From contig BROI01000033.1 in assembly GCA_027923505.1 (NCBI GenBank), positions 248,001-278,135 of the forward strand: a stretch of 30,135 nucleotides of DNA. The letters are read 5' to 3'. Shown piece after piece: positions 11,307-22,790 of this stretch. A model generated the notes under the pieces. That model was not told where the DNA came from. It saw only the letters and a program-made list of their open reading frames with translations, and searched no databases. This stretch comes from Mayamaea pseudoterrestris (taxonomy: Eukaryota). The position numbers and the translations under genes were made by a program. Positions within the stretch are counted from its first letter, which is position 1. Each line of letters begins with the position of its first letter.

Positions 11307-13436
11307 CAGCCTGAATAATGATGTTGGCACCATTCTGGGTGTATTTTGGGCACCTACAGGGCTTGCTGTAGGGGCGTTTGAATGTAACAGCATCTGCGGG
11401 CTGAGACTGGTGACAAGTTGTCACCAAATACATTTCCATCCCCTGAGACATCAGCCAAGCCTACCATCTTGTAGCGCATCCTGAATAATGATGTTGGCAC
11501 CATTCTGGTGTATTTTGGGCACCTACAGGGCTTGCTGTAGGGGCATTTGAATGTCACAGCATCTGTGGGCTGAGACTGGTGACAAGTTGTCACTAAATAC
11601 ATTGCCATCCCCTGAGACACCAGCCAAGCCTACCATCTTGTAGCGCCGCCTGAATAATGATGTTGGCACCATTCTGGTGTAATTTGGGCACCGACAGGGC
11701 TTGCTGTAGGGGCATTTGAATGTCACGGCATCTGCGGGCTGAGACTGGTGACAAGTTGTCACCAAATACATTGCCATCCCCTGAGACACCAGCCAAGCCT
11801 ACCATCATGTATCACAGCCTGAATAATGATGTTGGAACCATTCTGGTGTATATTGGGCACCTACAGGGCTTGCTGTAGGGGCGTTTGAATGTCATGGCAT
11901 CTGCGGGCTGAGACTGGTGACAAGTTGTCACCAAATACATTGCCATCCCCTGAGACACCATTTAAGCCTACCATCTTGTAGCACAGCCGGAATAATGATG
12001 TTGGAACCATTCTGGTGTATATTGGGCACCTACAGGGCTTGCTGTAGGGGCATTTGAATGTCATGGCATCTGCGGGCTGAGACTGGTGACAAGTTGTCAC
12101 CAAATACATTGCCATCCCCTGAGACACCATTTAAGCCTACCATCTTGTAGCACAGCCGGAATGATGATGTAGGCACCATTCGGATGTAATTTGGGCACCG
12201 ACAGGGCTTGCTGTAGGGGCATTTGAATGTCATGGCATCTGTGGGCTGAGACTGGTGACAAGTTGTCACTAAATACATTGCCATCCCCTGAGACACCAGC
12301 CAAGCCTACCATCTTGTAGCGCCGCCTGAATAATGATGTTGGCACCATTCTGGTGTAATTTGGGCACCGACAGGGCTTGCTGTAGGGGCATTTGAATGTC
12401 ACGGCATCTGCGGGCTGAGACTGGTGACAAGTTGTCACCAAATACATTGCTATCCCCTGAGACACCAGCCAAGCCTACCATCATGTATCACAGCCTGAAT
12501 AATGATGTTGGAACCATTCTGGTGTATATTGGGCACCTACAGGGCTTGCTGTAGGGGCGTTTGAATGTCATGGCATCTGCGGACTGAGACTGGTGACAAG
12601 TTGTCACCAAATACATTGCCATCCCCTGAGACACCATTTAAGCCTACCATCTTGTAGCGCAGCCGGAATGATGATGTTGGCACCATTCTGATGTAATTTG
12701 GGCACCGACAGGGCTTGCTGTAGGGGCATTTGAATGTCATGGCATCTGTGGGCTGAGACTGGTGACAAGTTGTCACTAAATACATTGCCATCCCCTGAGA
12801 CACCAGCCAAGCCTACCATCTTGTAGCGCCGCCTGAATAATGATGTTGGCACCATTCTGTTGTAATTTGGGCACCGACAGGGCTTGCGGTAGGGGCATTT
12901 GAATGTCACGGCATCTGCGGGCTGAGACTGGTGACAAGTTGTCACCAAATACATTGCCATCCCCTGAGACACCAGCCAAGCCTACCATCATGTATCACAG
13001 CCTGAATAATGATGTTGGAACCATTCTGGTGTATATTGGGCACCTACAGGGCTTGCTGTAGGGGCGTTTGAATGTCATGGCATCTGCGGGCTGAGACTGG
13101 TGACAAGTTGTCACCAAATACATTGCCATCCCCTGAGACACCATCTAAGCCTACCATCTTGTAGCGCAGCCTGAATGATGATGTTGGCACCATTCTGATG
13201 TAATTTGGGCACCGACAGGGCTTGCTGTAGGGGCATTTGAATGTCATGGCATCTGTGGGCTGAGACTGGTGACAAGTTGTCACCAAATACATTGCCATCC
13301 CCTGAGACACCAGCCAAGCCTACCATCTTGTAGCGCCGCCTGAATGATGATGTTGGCACCATTTTGGTGTAATTTGGGCACCGACAGGGCTTGCTGTAGG
13401 GGCATTATTTGAATGTCACGGCATCTGTGGGCTGAG
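11307..13436 (-). repeat. SatB array, inverted, with a 3-mer (507-bp) higher-order repeat
   Basis: 169-bp period. Marker CATCATGTATCACAGCC at 11803, 12479, 12986 (676, then 507). ORF ends at 12030, 12537, 13044. Confidence 0.96.
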
Positions 13437-13766
13437 TGACACAATATTATTGAGTTGAGTTGACCTGCGTCTCATGACAAGACGGTTAGCTACCTGTGTT
13501 TTGTATGCATTTAATCCTGTGCAGGGTTGAGTCACACTTGTGACCGAATCCTCACATACATGAGTGAAATCGCTGACGATCGAGGCGTGAACCTCGACCG
13601 TGAACCCAGTGAGAACGAGAAAGAAGCGCACGAGTAGAGTAGCGAGTAACATGCACTATTCTAGCAATTGAGTTTGTTTGTTTGCTTTTACGCTGGACGA
13701 AGAGGTTGATCGCTCCGAGTCCATTGTAGTCGCTGGAATAAAGGTTTGTCTGATATTATCGTGTCA
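13437..13766 (+). repeat. 5' LTR, 330 bp
   Basis: Starts exactly where the satellite stops with TGACACAATATTAT and ends ATATTATCGTGTCA (12/14 terminal inverted repeat). AATAAA lies near the end and a PBS-like motif follows directly. No second LTR is present to confirm it. Confidence 0.8.
13737..13742 (+). promoter_or_regulatory. Putative polyadenylation signal AATAAA in the LTR
   Basis: AATAAA 24 nt upstream of the LTR 3' end. Confidence 0.45.
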
Positions 13767-13777
13767 GATTAACAGTC
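13767..13777 (+). promoter_or_regulatory. Putative primer-binding site complementary to the tRNA-Asn(GTT) anticodon arm
   Basis: GATTAACAGTC abuts the LTR. Its reverse complement GA-CT-GTT-AA-TC has the form of an anticodon stem-loop with a GTT anticodon. Confidence 0.65.
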
Positions 13778-13984
13778 TTGATAGCTTGTCTTGACCTGAG
13801 AGAGCTGTGCGAAAGAGAGAGAGTGAAAGAATCGAGAAATTGAGAGAGAAAGAGCAGATTCCTTGCGGCGTCGTCAATCCGAATACTTGGCACGAGCGCG
13901 TAGAACAGGATCGTATAAGGCTCGACTGCATTGAGAGCGGTTGTTGTGTAAGAAAGGACTTTGGATAAGCGAGGTATTCACTAT

Positions 13985-15553
13985 ATGGTTGCGACTGCGG
14001 AAGCTTTGGAGCTTCTCGCGCATTCCGAGACATCCAAGAAGCGTTCTTCTTTTGGTAACCACCACTACCCAGATGTTGAGATTGACCAAGGAGCAACTTG
14101 AAGCCCCTACTGGGCTTGCGAGCGCGCACTCACAGCGCGGCTGCGCGGACAGGACCGGCCGAGAACGAACAGCCACCCGCCGAGAAACCAGTCAAGCACG
14201 CAAACTCGATGCCTTCGCAACTGATGATGCGAATGGTTTACCATGCACGAAGGACCCCGAACACCAAGAAGTGGGCGTTGCTGATTTAGGCAAGCTCGAC
14301 GATACCAAGCGGTTCTCGCGGAACAAGAAATCGCGCGGAAGCGTGAAGAAGGATACTACGTACTCGAGTCCAAGAAGAAGCAAGCCGAGCTTCTCTTGCC
14401 AAGCAACTCGAAAAATGAGACCATCAAGGCTGAAAGGCCGAGGAAGAAGGAAGCAAGGGTCGTTTCTCGAACCTCAAGACGAAACGAGACTACAAGGACT
14501 ACAAAAACGTTCCAACATCCCCACGCGTGGTTGAGTTGGGAGCGTCTACCAAGGCACACGCCAAGCTCCATGGCTGTTCTAACGTGCTCAACAGCAAGAT
14601 GCACTCCAGTCACGGAAGAAGAGAAATTAGAATTCGAGAATCAGCAGTCTTCATGTACACTGCGTTTCGCAATTGTCTCGAAGTCCCTGGACACCAGTCG
14701 CTCCTGCTGAAGTACGGCGACAAGTATGACGCTCAGCGCGTCTATCGCCTGAACTCGCGACCAAGTTTGGTCGACGCGAGTTAGTCATCCAACCGAACGA
14801 TGCAAGCCAAGCTTGCGACGATTCGCCTAGATTCGACCTGGACGAAAGGACACTACAAGTTCCTAAACTACATCGAACAGCTCATGAAGAATCTCAAGAG
14901 TTCCGTCCTGGAGTGACGGATGACAAGAAAGTACTACTGGCTCCGAGCTGCAGTGGAGGCGACGAAGAATCGCCCCACTGCATGCGACTTCGACCAGCAC
15001 TTGCAGCATTGACGACGACGCATCATCAGTGCAAATGGTGACCCAGGACGCCGTCGTGACGGAAGATTATGACTTGTCATTTTTCGCTAGCAGGCTCCTG
15101 CGCGTCGACAACAAGAACGCGTAAGTTGAATAAGGGCAAGAAGAACGCCGACCGCCAAGCAAACAACGCGAACACTTCCGGTACAAGGACGTGGTAATGG
15201 ACGCGGTTCTCCGGTCGTGGCGGGGGCAGGCGGACGCGGACGAGGACGCGCTTCCAAGTGCGAGCCGTGGTTCCGAGGACGAGGCTCTTCCGCGCCACTA
15301 CCAGCAGCCGGTACGTTAAGCGCAGGAACAATTCCCTGGTGATTATCTGAACTTTGAACAGTTGTTGCAGACCCTGGTGTCGAATGTCCTGAGCACTCAG
15401 GCCGGCCACTGGCGACCGCGCCCAAACGCACCGGCAACCAGCAGAACAAGCCGCCTTGCCTCTGCCTGGTGCCCTGGAAATCTGGACAGAATGATGCTGT
15501 CTCGACCTCCGGGAGACAGGACCGGATGACATGAGCTGCGCTGTGACGTTGGA
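13985..15553 (+). pseudogene. gag: gag region of the gag-pol polyprotein, frameshifted as assembled
   Basis: Probable ATG at 13985. Fragments in different frames join into KRDYKDYKTFQHPHAWLSWE..STKAHAKLHGCSNVLN..PVTEEEKLEFENQQ..FMYTAFRNCL..YDAQRVY and LATIRLDSTW. A Gly/Arg-rich tract lies at ~15190-15300. Boundaries approximate. Confidence 0.7.
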
Positions 15554-16050
15554 ATGGCATCTAGGAAGCGATGGTACAGAGTCACAATCGCGCACACTGT
15601 GAATCCGCCAGAGACCCGCCAAGGATCGATTGAGGCGGACCGATGGAAGGTGAGAATCTTGAGTACTACCAACCACACGTGTAACGTGACAGGTTTGAGC
15701 GACCACACGGTTCGCGACCTCCAAGTCGGAACTGGCGTAGCATTGATTGAGACTCGGACTGGACCCATTATCGGTCAGTTCAACCAGTATGCTTTGTACG
15801 ACGGTGCTGAATCCATTCATGCACCATCGCAGCTTCGTTCGTTCGGCCATCTGATCGACGACGCGTGCCGCTCCCAGAATGGAACACAAGCCATTGTCAC
15901 CAGTTGTGGCAAGACCATCCCCTTGGCGATCCGCGACGGTTTGCCTCGAATGGTATGCGTCCGCGACGGACGAGAGTTGGAAATGTATCCGACGGTCAAT
16001 TCTCTGCGTGGACACCCTTGGGATCCGCGGACTTGGACAATGAATGGAAC
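15554..16050 (+). pseudogene. Aspartic protease region of pol
   Basis: VRILSTTNHTCNVTGLSDHTVRDLQVGTGVALIETRTGPIIGQFNQYA..SIHAPSQLRSFGHLIDD..GTQAIVTSCGKTIPLAIRDGLP..WDP matches CoDi-type protease. The catalytic D-x-G-A motif expected at ~15625-15645 is garbled. Confidence 0.72.
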
Positions 16051-16239
16051 GAAGAAGAACGAGTTTAATCGTCACCTTGACGAATTGAAGAAACCCACGG
16101 TTTCGTCGACGCCCGCATGGATGACTTCGGCGACGCCACCTACCGGAACAACTGAATTCAGTGGAACGCGTGTGGTGCAGTTGTCGATCGCAATCAGGCT
16201 GATACGACGCGCGCCAAGCCAATGCACGACGATAATGCC

Positions 16240-16924
16240 AAAGAACCTGACTACCAAGCGCTGCCGACCCTACCTTGGCTACACGCCAATCGAACGAGTC
16301 AAGCGCACCATTAAGAATTACGACACAGCTTTTCCGTGCACCGGCGCCACACCAGCCAACATTTAAGTCGCGATTCCCTGCCGCCAATGTGGTTCGTTTC
16401 CATGACGATACGGCTGACAGATACCTGGTTTTCCAAGGAAGCTGCCTTTAATGACGGAATCCGCGCCATGGCGGATGCAAGATGATGCAACTGTTCGTCG
16501 GCAAGAAGAGTCTGCTGACGAGGGATACCCACTGAGAACCGAGAGTGACATGCCCATGGCGCTCGAAGACTTCATTCGAGACATTGGTGCTCCCGACTTG
16601 CTCATTAGCGATAACTCGCGAGTGCAGCTCGGGAAGCAAGTTGAAACTTTGTTGCGATTCTACGCGATTCGTGACCAACAGAGCGAGCCCGGATACCAGA
16701 ACCAGAACCCTGCCGAGCGTCGCATCCAAGAAGTCAAGTCATCAGTCCAGAACATCATGAACGCGAACGGGCGCCCGCTGAACCTGCTCCTGATGCTCGG
16801 TGTCCGCGGATGCAAGCCTTTTCAAAATCTGGCAACAGCTGGTCCCTCAACTGGAAGACTCCCTAAAGCGAACCGAGTACCCCGATTCGCCCTTCCGCAG
16901 TTCAAGTTCTGGGAAGGGTCCTGA
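16240..16924 (+). pseudogene. Integrase (rve core) of pol
   Basis: RPYLGYTPIERVKRT, HFKSRFPAANV, TDTWFS (D), ALEDFIRDIGAPDLLISDN (D), SEPGYQNQNPAERRIQEVK (E); several frameshifts. Confidence 0.88.
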
Positions 16925-17569
16925 AGCTGGAGCCGATGAGCCGCCGACATTTCCTCACCAAGGAAGCAGCAGGACTGGTCGGATTGCAGAGCGAAAACCA
17001 CAGTTGACCATCCTCGACGGAATCGTTGTTGTTTCGGTCCGACAACGTTCGTCCCTTCTCCGAAGGGCGTCAACACGCAGCTGAAGCTGAAAGCGCTCCT
17101 GAACCCGAGTCCGAACGACCACTGTTCGCAGAACCTGTCTTCGACGCGCGCCAAGTGGCGTCGAACGAGTCCAAGTCGAAACTGTCGACGAGTTGGACGA
17201 TGAGATTATGACCCTAGCGGGACCGGGTGTTTGAACACGACCTTACACCGACCCCAGCCTGATTCTGGGGGAAAACCGCGTGGATGAAGAGCATTCACGT
17301 TAGAAAGCGTGCGGCCAGTTAGCCGAAAAGTTTTGATCCGACCCATGCCGTCCCACACTCGGCTGAACTGATGGGACGCACTGTTCTTGACGAGGGAAGA
17401 CGGCTCCCCTGCTACCAAGGTTATCGAGCAACTAAACGATCGCGACGAAGCCAACCACAAGATTATCAAGTTTTCGATTGAGTTCGGAGGCGTCGACTTA
17501 TTACACAACGAACTAGACCTGTGCGAACGGCAAGATTCTTTACGACTGGGGGACTGATGACAACGACGA

Positions 17570-17755
17570 TCAGTACTACAAGTTTGATTTCATTGAGGAC
17601 GGACACGAGAGTCCGACTGACACAAGCCGACAAGCTACGTATCGGCGACTCATCCTACAACTTGCTCATCCAATGGGCAAATGGCGAGAAGACCTGGGGA
17701 GCCACTCCGCATTGATTATCAAGTCCAACCCTGTGACCGTTGCCGATGTACGGCA
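17570..17755 (+). other. Chromodomain-like segment between the integrase core and RT
   Basis: Joined across two or three indels: QYYKFDFIEDGHE..SSYNLLIQWANGEKTW-EPL..IIKSNPVTVAMY. Confidence 0.5.
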
Positions 17756-17849
17756 AGCGCAAGGGCAGATGGAAAAGGAGATGGAAGCGGCGGGAGGCAG
17801 CCATGTTTAACCGCATGTGCAAGGCCGGAAAGAAGAACCGTGTCCAAGA

Positions 17850-18290
17850 AGCGCGTTTCAGTTTACGCGTTAAGTTCCTAATACCTGGGAAGGAAGGAAC
17901 GCAACCCCTGACGCTGCTTAGGAAACACACTGTGGGTCCGACGCCGTCAAGACTGAGATGGAGCAGCGACTACGAGTACGACACTTTCATCGACAAGGGC
18001 ATCGGTGCCTTCATGGAAAGTGATTGGGCGCATCAACGCGCATTCGACTTGTTCCAAGCAAAACGATCTAAGCGGCGTAGGCCCGACTCTCGGCCCGGAG
18101 ACATTTGACCCCCGCTCCGCAGGAACTCCGCCTTACCGTGGCGTTGTATCTATGGAAGCATCCTGACCTGTTAGCTGAACTGAACGACCTCAAAGTTTTG
18201 GGCTGCCGGGTGTCGGACCACTCGAGGCCAAGACCAAAGGAAAAGGTCTACATTGTTGCCGGTCCGAGTTTGGACCATTGGGAAGGCCAT
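17850..18290 (+). pseudogene. N-terminal part of copia-type reverse transcriptase (RVT_2-like)
   Basis: GNTLW..AVKTEMEQ..EYDTFIDKG..ARL..GHLTP..LAELNDLKV..EAKTKEKVYIVAGPEFGPLEGH read across frames; dissolves into satellite before a clean YVDD. Confidence 0.85.
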
Positions 18291-19239
18291 ACAGGGCTTG
18301 CTGTAGGAGTTTTGTATGGCATCTGTGGGTTGGATACACGTTGTCACCAAATACTCATCCCTGAGACATAGCCAGCATTCAATCGGGACCTCAGACTGAA
18401 TATGATGTTGGCACCATTCTGGTGTGATGGTGTACATGTTTGCTGTGAGCATTTGATTGTTTGCTGTTAGACTGGACAAGGTTGTCACCAAATACATTGC
18501 AATGCCCTGAGACACCAGCCAAGCTTCTATTGCGTGTACAGCCCAACTTATGTTGGCACCATCCTGGTGTTATTTGGGTGTATGTCCCACCGTGTAGCGA
18601 AACGAAGGTCATCTGCAGCTGAGATTGGTGACAAGTTGTCATCCCAAATACATTGCCATCCCCTGAGACACAGCAAGCCTACCATCTTGTAGCGCAGCCT
18701 GAAAATGATGTTGGCACCATTCTGGTGTATTGGGGCACTACAGGGCTTGCTGTAGGGGCATTTGAATGTCACTGGCATCTGCGGGCTGAGACTGGTGACA
18801 AGTTGTCACCAAATACATTGCAACCCCGAGACACCAGCCAAGCCTACCATCTTGTAGCGCAGCCTGAATAATGATGTTGGCACCATTCTGGTGTGATTTG
18901 GGTGTATACATGGCTGGCTGTAAGGGCATTTCAATGTCATGGCATCTTTAGGCTGAGACTGGTGACAAGTTGTCACCAAATACATTGCCATCCCCTGAGA
19001 CACCAGCCAAGCCTACCATCTTGTAGCGCAGCCTGAATAATGATGTTGGCACCATTCTGGTGTAATTTGGGCACCTACAGGGCTTGCTGTAGGGGCGTTT
19101 GAATGTCATGGCATCTGTGGCTGAGATTGGTGACAAGTTGTCACCAAATACATTGCCATCCCCTGAGACACCAGCCAAGCCTACCATCTTGTAGCGCAGC
19201 CTGAATAATGATGTTGGCACCATTCTGGTGTAATTTGGG

Positions 19240-22200
19240 CACCTACAGGGCTTGCTGTAGGGGCATTTGAATGTCATGGCATCTGTGGGCTGAGACTGGT
19301 GACAAGTTGTCACCAAATACATTGCCATCCCCTGAGACACCAGCCAAGCCTTCCGTCTTGTAGCGCAGCCTGAATAATGATGTTGGCACCATTCTGGTGT
19401 AATTTGGGCACCAACAGGGCTTGCTGTAGAGGCATTTCAATGTCATGGCATCTTAAGGCTGAGACTGGTGACAAGTTGTCACCAAATACATTGCCATCCC
19501 CTGAGACACCAGCCAAGCCTACCATCTTGTAGCGCAGCCTGAATAATGATGTTGGCACCATTCTGGTGTAATTTGGGCACCTACAGGGCTTGCTGTAGGG
19601 GCGTTTGAATGTCACGGCATCTGCTGGCTGAGACTGGTGACAAGTTGTCACCAAATACATTGCCATCCCCTGAGACACCAGCCAAGCCTACCATCTTGTA
19701 GCGCAGCCTGAATAATGATGTTGGCACCATTCTGGTGTGATTTGGGTGTATACATGGCTTGCTGTAGGGGCATTTGAATGTGACGGCATCTGCTGGCTGA
19801 GACTGGTGACATGTTGTCACCAAATACATTGCAATGCCCTGAGACACCAGCCAAGCTTACCATTTTGTAGCGCAGCCTAAACAAGGTTGTTGGCACCATC
19901 CTGGTGTTATTTGGGCATCTACATGGTTGCTGTAGGGGCAATTGAATGTCATGGCATCTGCGGGCTGAGACTGGTGACAAGTTGTCACCAAATACACTGC
20001 CATCCCCCGCACCACCAGCCAAGCCTACCATCTTGTAGCGCAGCCTGAATAATGATGTTGGCACCATTCTGGTGTATTTGGGTACCTACAGGGCTTGCTG
20101 TAGGGGCATTTGAATGTCATGGCATCTACGGGCTGAGACTGGTGACAAGTTGTCACCAAATACATTGCCATCCCCTGAGACACCAGCCAAGCCTACCATC
20201 TTGTAGCGCAGCCTGAATAATGATGTTGGCACCATTCTGGTGTTATTTGGGCCCCTAAAGGGCTTGCTGTAGGGGCGTTTGAATGTCACGGCATCTGTGG
20301 GCTGAGACTGGTGACAAGTTGTCACCAAATACATTGCCATCCCCTGAGACACCAGCCAAGCCTACCATCTTGTAGCGCAGCCTGAATAATGATGTTGGCA
20401 CCATTCTGGTGTAATTTGGGCACCTACAGGGCTTGCTGTAGGGGCGTTTGAATGTCACGGCATCTGCGGGCTGAGACTGGTGACAAGTTGTCACCAAATA
20501 CATTGCCATCCCCTGAGACACCAGCCAAGCCTACCATCTTGTAGCGCAGCCTCAATAATGATGTTGGCACCATTCTGGTGTAATTTGGGCACCAACAGGG
20601 CTTGCTGTAGAGGCATTTCAATGTCATGGCATCTTAAGGCTGAGACTGGTGACAAGTTGTCACCAAGTACATTGCCATCCCCTGAGACACCAGCCAAGCC
20701 TACCATCTTGTAGCGCAGCCTCCATAATGATGTTGGCACCATTCTGGTGTAATTTGGGCACCTACAGGGCTTGCTGTAGGGGCGTTTGGATGTCATGGCA
20801 TCTGCGGGCTGAGACTGGTGACAAGTTGTCACCAAATACATTGCCATCCCCTGAGACACCAGCCAAGCATTCCATCTTGTAGCGCAGCCTGAATAATGAT
20901 GTTGGCACCATTCTGGTGTGATTTGGGCACCTACAGGGCTTGCTGTAGGGGCGTTTGAATGTCACGGCATCTGGTGGCTGAGACTGGTGACAAGTTGTCA
21001 CCAAATACATTGCAATGCCCTGAGACACCAGCCAAGCTTACCATTTTGTAGCGCAGCCTAAACAAGGTTGTTGGCACCATCCTGGTGTTATTTGGGTGTA
21101 TACATGGCATGTTATAAGGGCAATTGAATGTCATGGCATCTGCGGGCTGAGATTGGTGACAAGTTGTCACCAAATACATTGCCATCCCCTGAGACACCAG
21201 CCAAGCCTACCATCTTGTAGCGCAGCCTGAATAATGATGTTGGCACCATTCTGGTGTAATTTGGGCACCTACAGGGCTTGCTGTAGGGGCGTTTGAATGT
21301 CACGGCATCTGCTGGCTGAGACTGGTGACAAGTTGTCACCAAATACATTGCCATCCCCTGAGACACCAGCCAAGCCTACCATCTTGTAGCGCAGCCTGAA
21401 TAATGATGTTGGCACCATTCTGGTGTAATTTGGGCCCCTAGAGGGCTGGCTGTAAGGGCGTTTGAATGTCATGGCATCTGCGGGCTGAGACTGGTGACAA
21501 GTTGTCACCAAATACATTGCCATCCCCTGAGACACCAGCCAAGCCTACCATCTTGTAGCGCAGCCTCAATTATGTTGTTGGCACCATTCTGGTGTAATTT
21601 GGGCACCTACAGGGCTTGCTGTAGGGGCGTTTGAATGTCATGGCATCTGCGGGCTGAGACTGGTGACAAGTTGTCACCAAATACATTGCCATCCCCTGAG
21701 ACACCAGCCAAGCCTTCCGTCTTGTAGCGCAGCCTGAATAATGATGTTGGCACCATTCTGGTGTAATTTGGGCACCAACAGGGCTTGCTGTAGAGGCATT
21801 TCAATGTCATGGCATCTTAAGGCTGAGACTGGTGACAAGTTGTCACCAAATACATTGCCATCCCCTGAGACACCAGCCAAGCCTACCATCTTGTAGCGCA
21901 GCCGGAATAATGATGTTGGCACCATTCTGGTGTAATTTGGGCACCTACAGGGCTTGCTGTAGGGGCGTTTGAATGTCACGGCATCTGCGGGCTGAGACTG
22001 GTGACAAGTTGTCACCAAATACATTGCCATCCCCTGAGACACCAGCCAGGCATATCATCTTGTAGCGCAGACTGAATAATGATGTTGGCACCATTCTGGT
22101 GTGATTTGGGTGTATACATGGCTTGCTGTAGGGGCATTTGAATGTGACGGCATCTGCTGGCTGAGACTGGTGACATGTTGTCACCAAATACATTGCAATG

Positions 22201-22790
22201 CCCTGAGACACCAGCCAAGCTTACCATTTTGTAGCGCAGCCTAAACAAGGTTGTTGGCACCATCCTGGTGTTATTTGGGTGTATACATGGCATGTTAAAA
22301 GGGCAATTGAATGTCACAGCATCTGCTGGCTGAGATTGGTGACAAGTTGTCACCAAATACATTGCCATCCCCTGAGACACCAGCCAAGCCTACCATCTTG
22401 TAGCGCAGCCTGAATAATGATGTTGGCACCATTCTGGTGTAATTTGGGCACCTACAGGGCTTGCTGTAGGGGCATTTAAATGTCATGGCATCTGCGGGCT
22501 GAGACTGGTGACAAGTTGTCACCAAATACATTGCCATCCCCTGAGACACCAGCCAAGCCTACCATCTTGTAGCGCAGCCTGAATAATGATGTTGGCACCA
22601 TTCTGGTGTAATTTGGGCACCTACAGGGCTTGCTGTAGGGGCGTTTGAATGTCATGGCATCTGCGGGCTGAGACTGGTGACAAGTTGTCACCAAATACAT
22701 TGCCATCCCCTGAGACACCAGCCAAGCCTTCCATCTTGTAGCGCAGCCTGAATAATGATGTTGGCACCATTCTGGTGTAATTTGGGCACC
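19240..22790 (-). repeat. ~7-mer (1181-1183 bp) higher-order repeat of SatB, about three imperfect copies
   Basis: Marker CCAACAGGGCTTGCTGTAGAGG at 19411, 20592, 21775; marker GCAATGCCCTGAG at 19831, 21012, 22195. Boundaries approximate. Confidence 0.85.

Larger units (their letters stand above)
13437..18290 (+). mobile_element. Ty1/copia LTR retrotransposon, CoDi-like (Copia of diatoms), 3'-truncated within RT
   Basis: TG...CA LTR followed by gag-PR-IN-RT in copia order. Motifs: FMYTAF...YDAQRVY (gag), IPLAIRDGLPRM (PR region), LISDN...QSEPGYQNQNPAERRIQ (rve), EYDTFIDKG and LAELNDL...KEKVYIVAGP (copia RT). Clade assigned from remembered motifs, not from a search. Confidence 0.9.

Noticed and set aside
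13401..13412. 3-bp ATT duplication (GGCATTATTTGAA) near the LTR as a possible target-site duplication
   Set aside because: It lies about 30 bp from the LTR end and does not flank the element; probably slippage or read error.
3046..13436. Regularly spaced palindromes suggesting a CRISPR array or attC cassette array
   Set aside because: The intervening sequence is repeated rather than unique, there are no cas or integron integrase genes, and the context is eukaryotic.
15077..16387. 436-aa minus-strand ORF
   Set aside because: Antisense shadow of GC-rich gag-pol with no recognisable motifs; all conserved motifs are on the plus strand.
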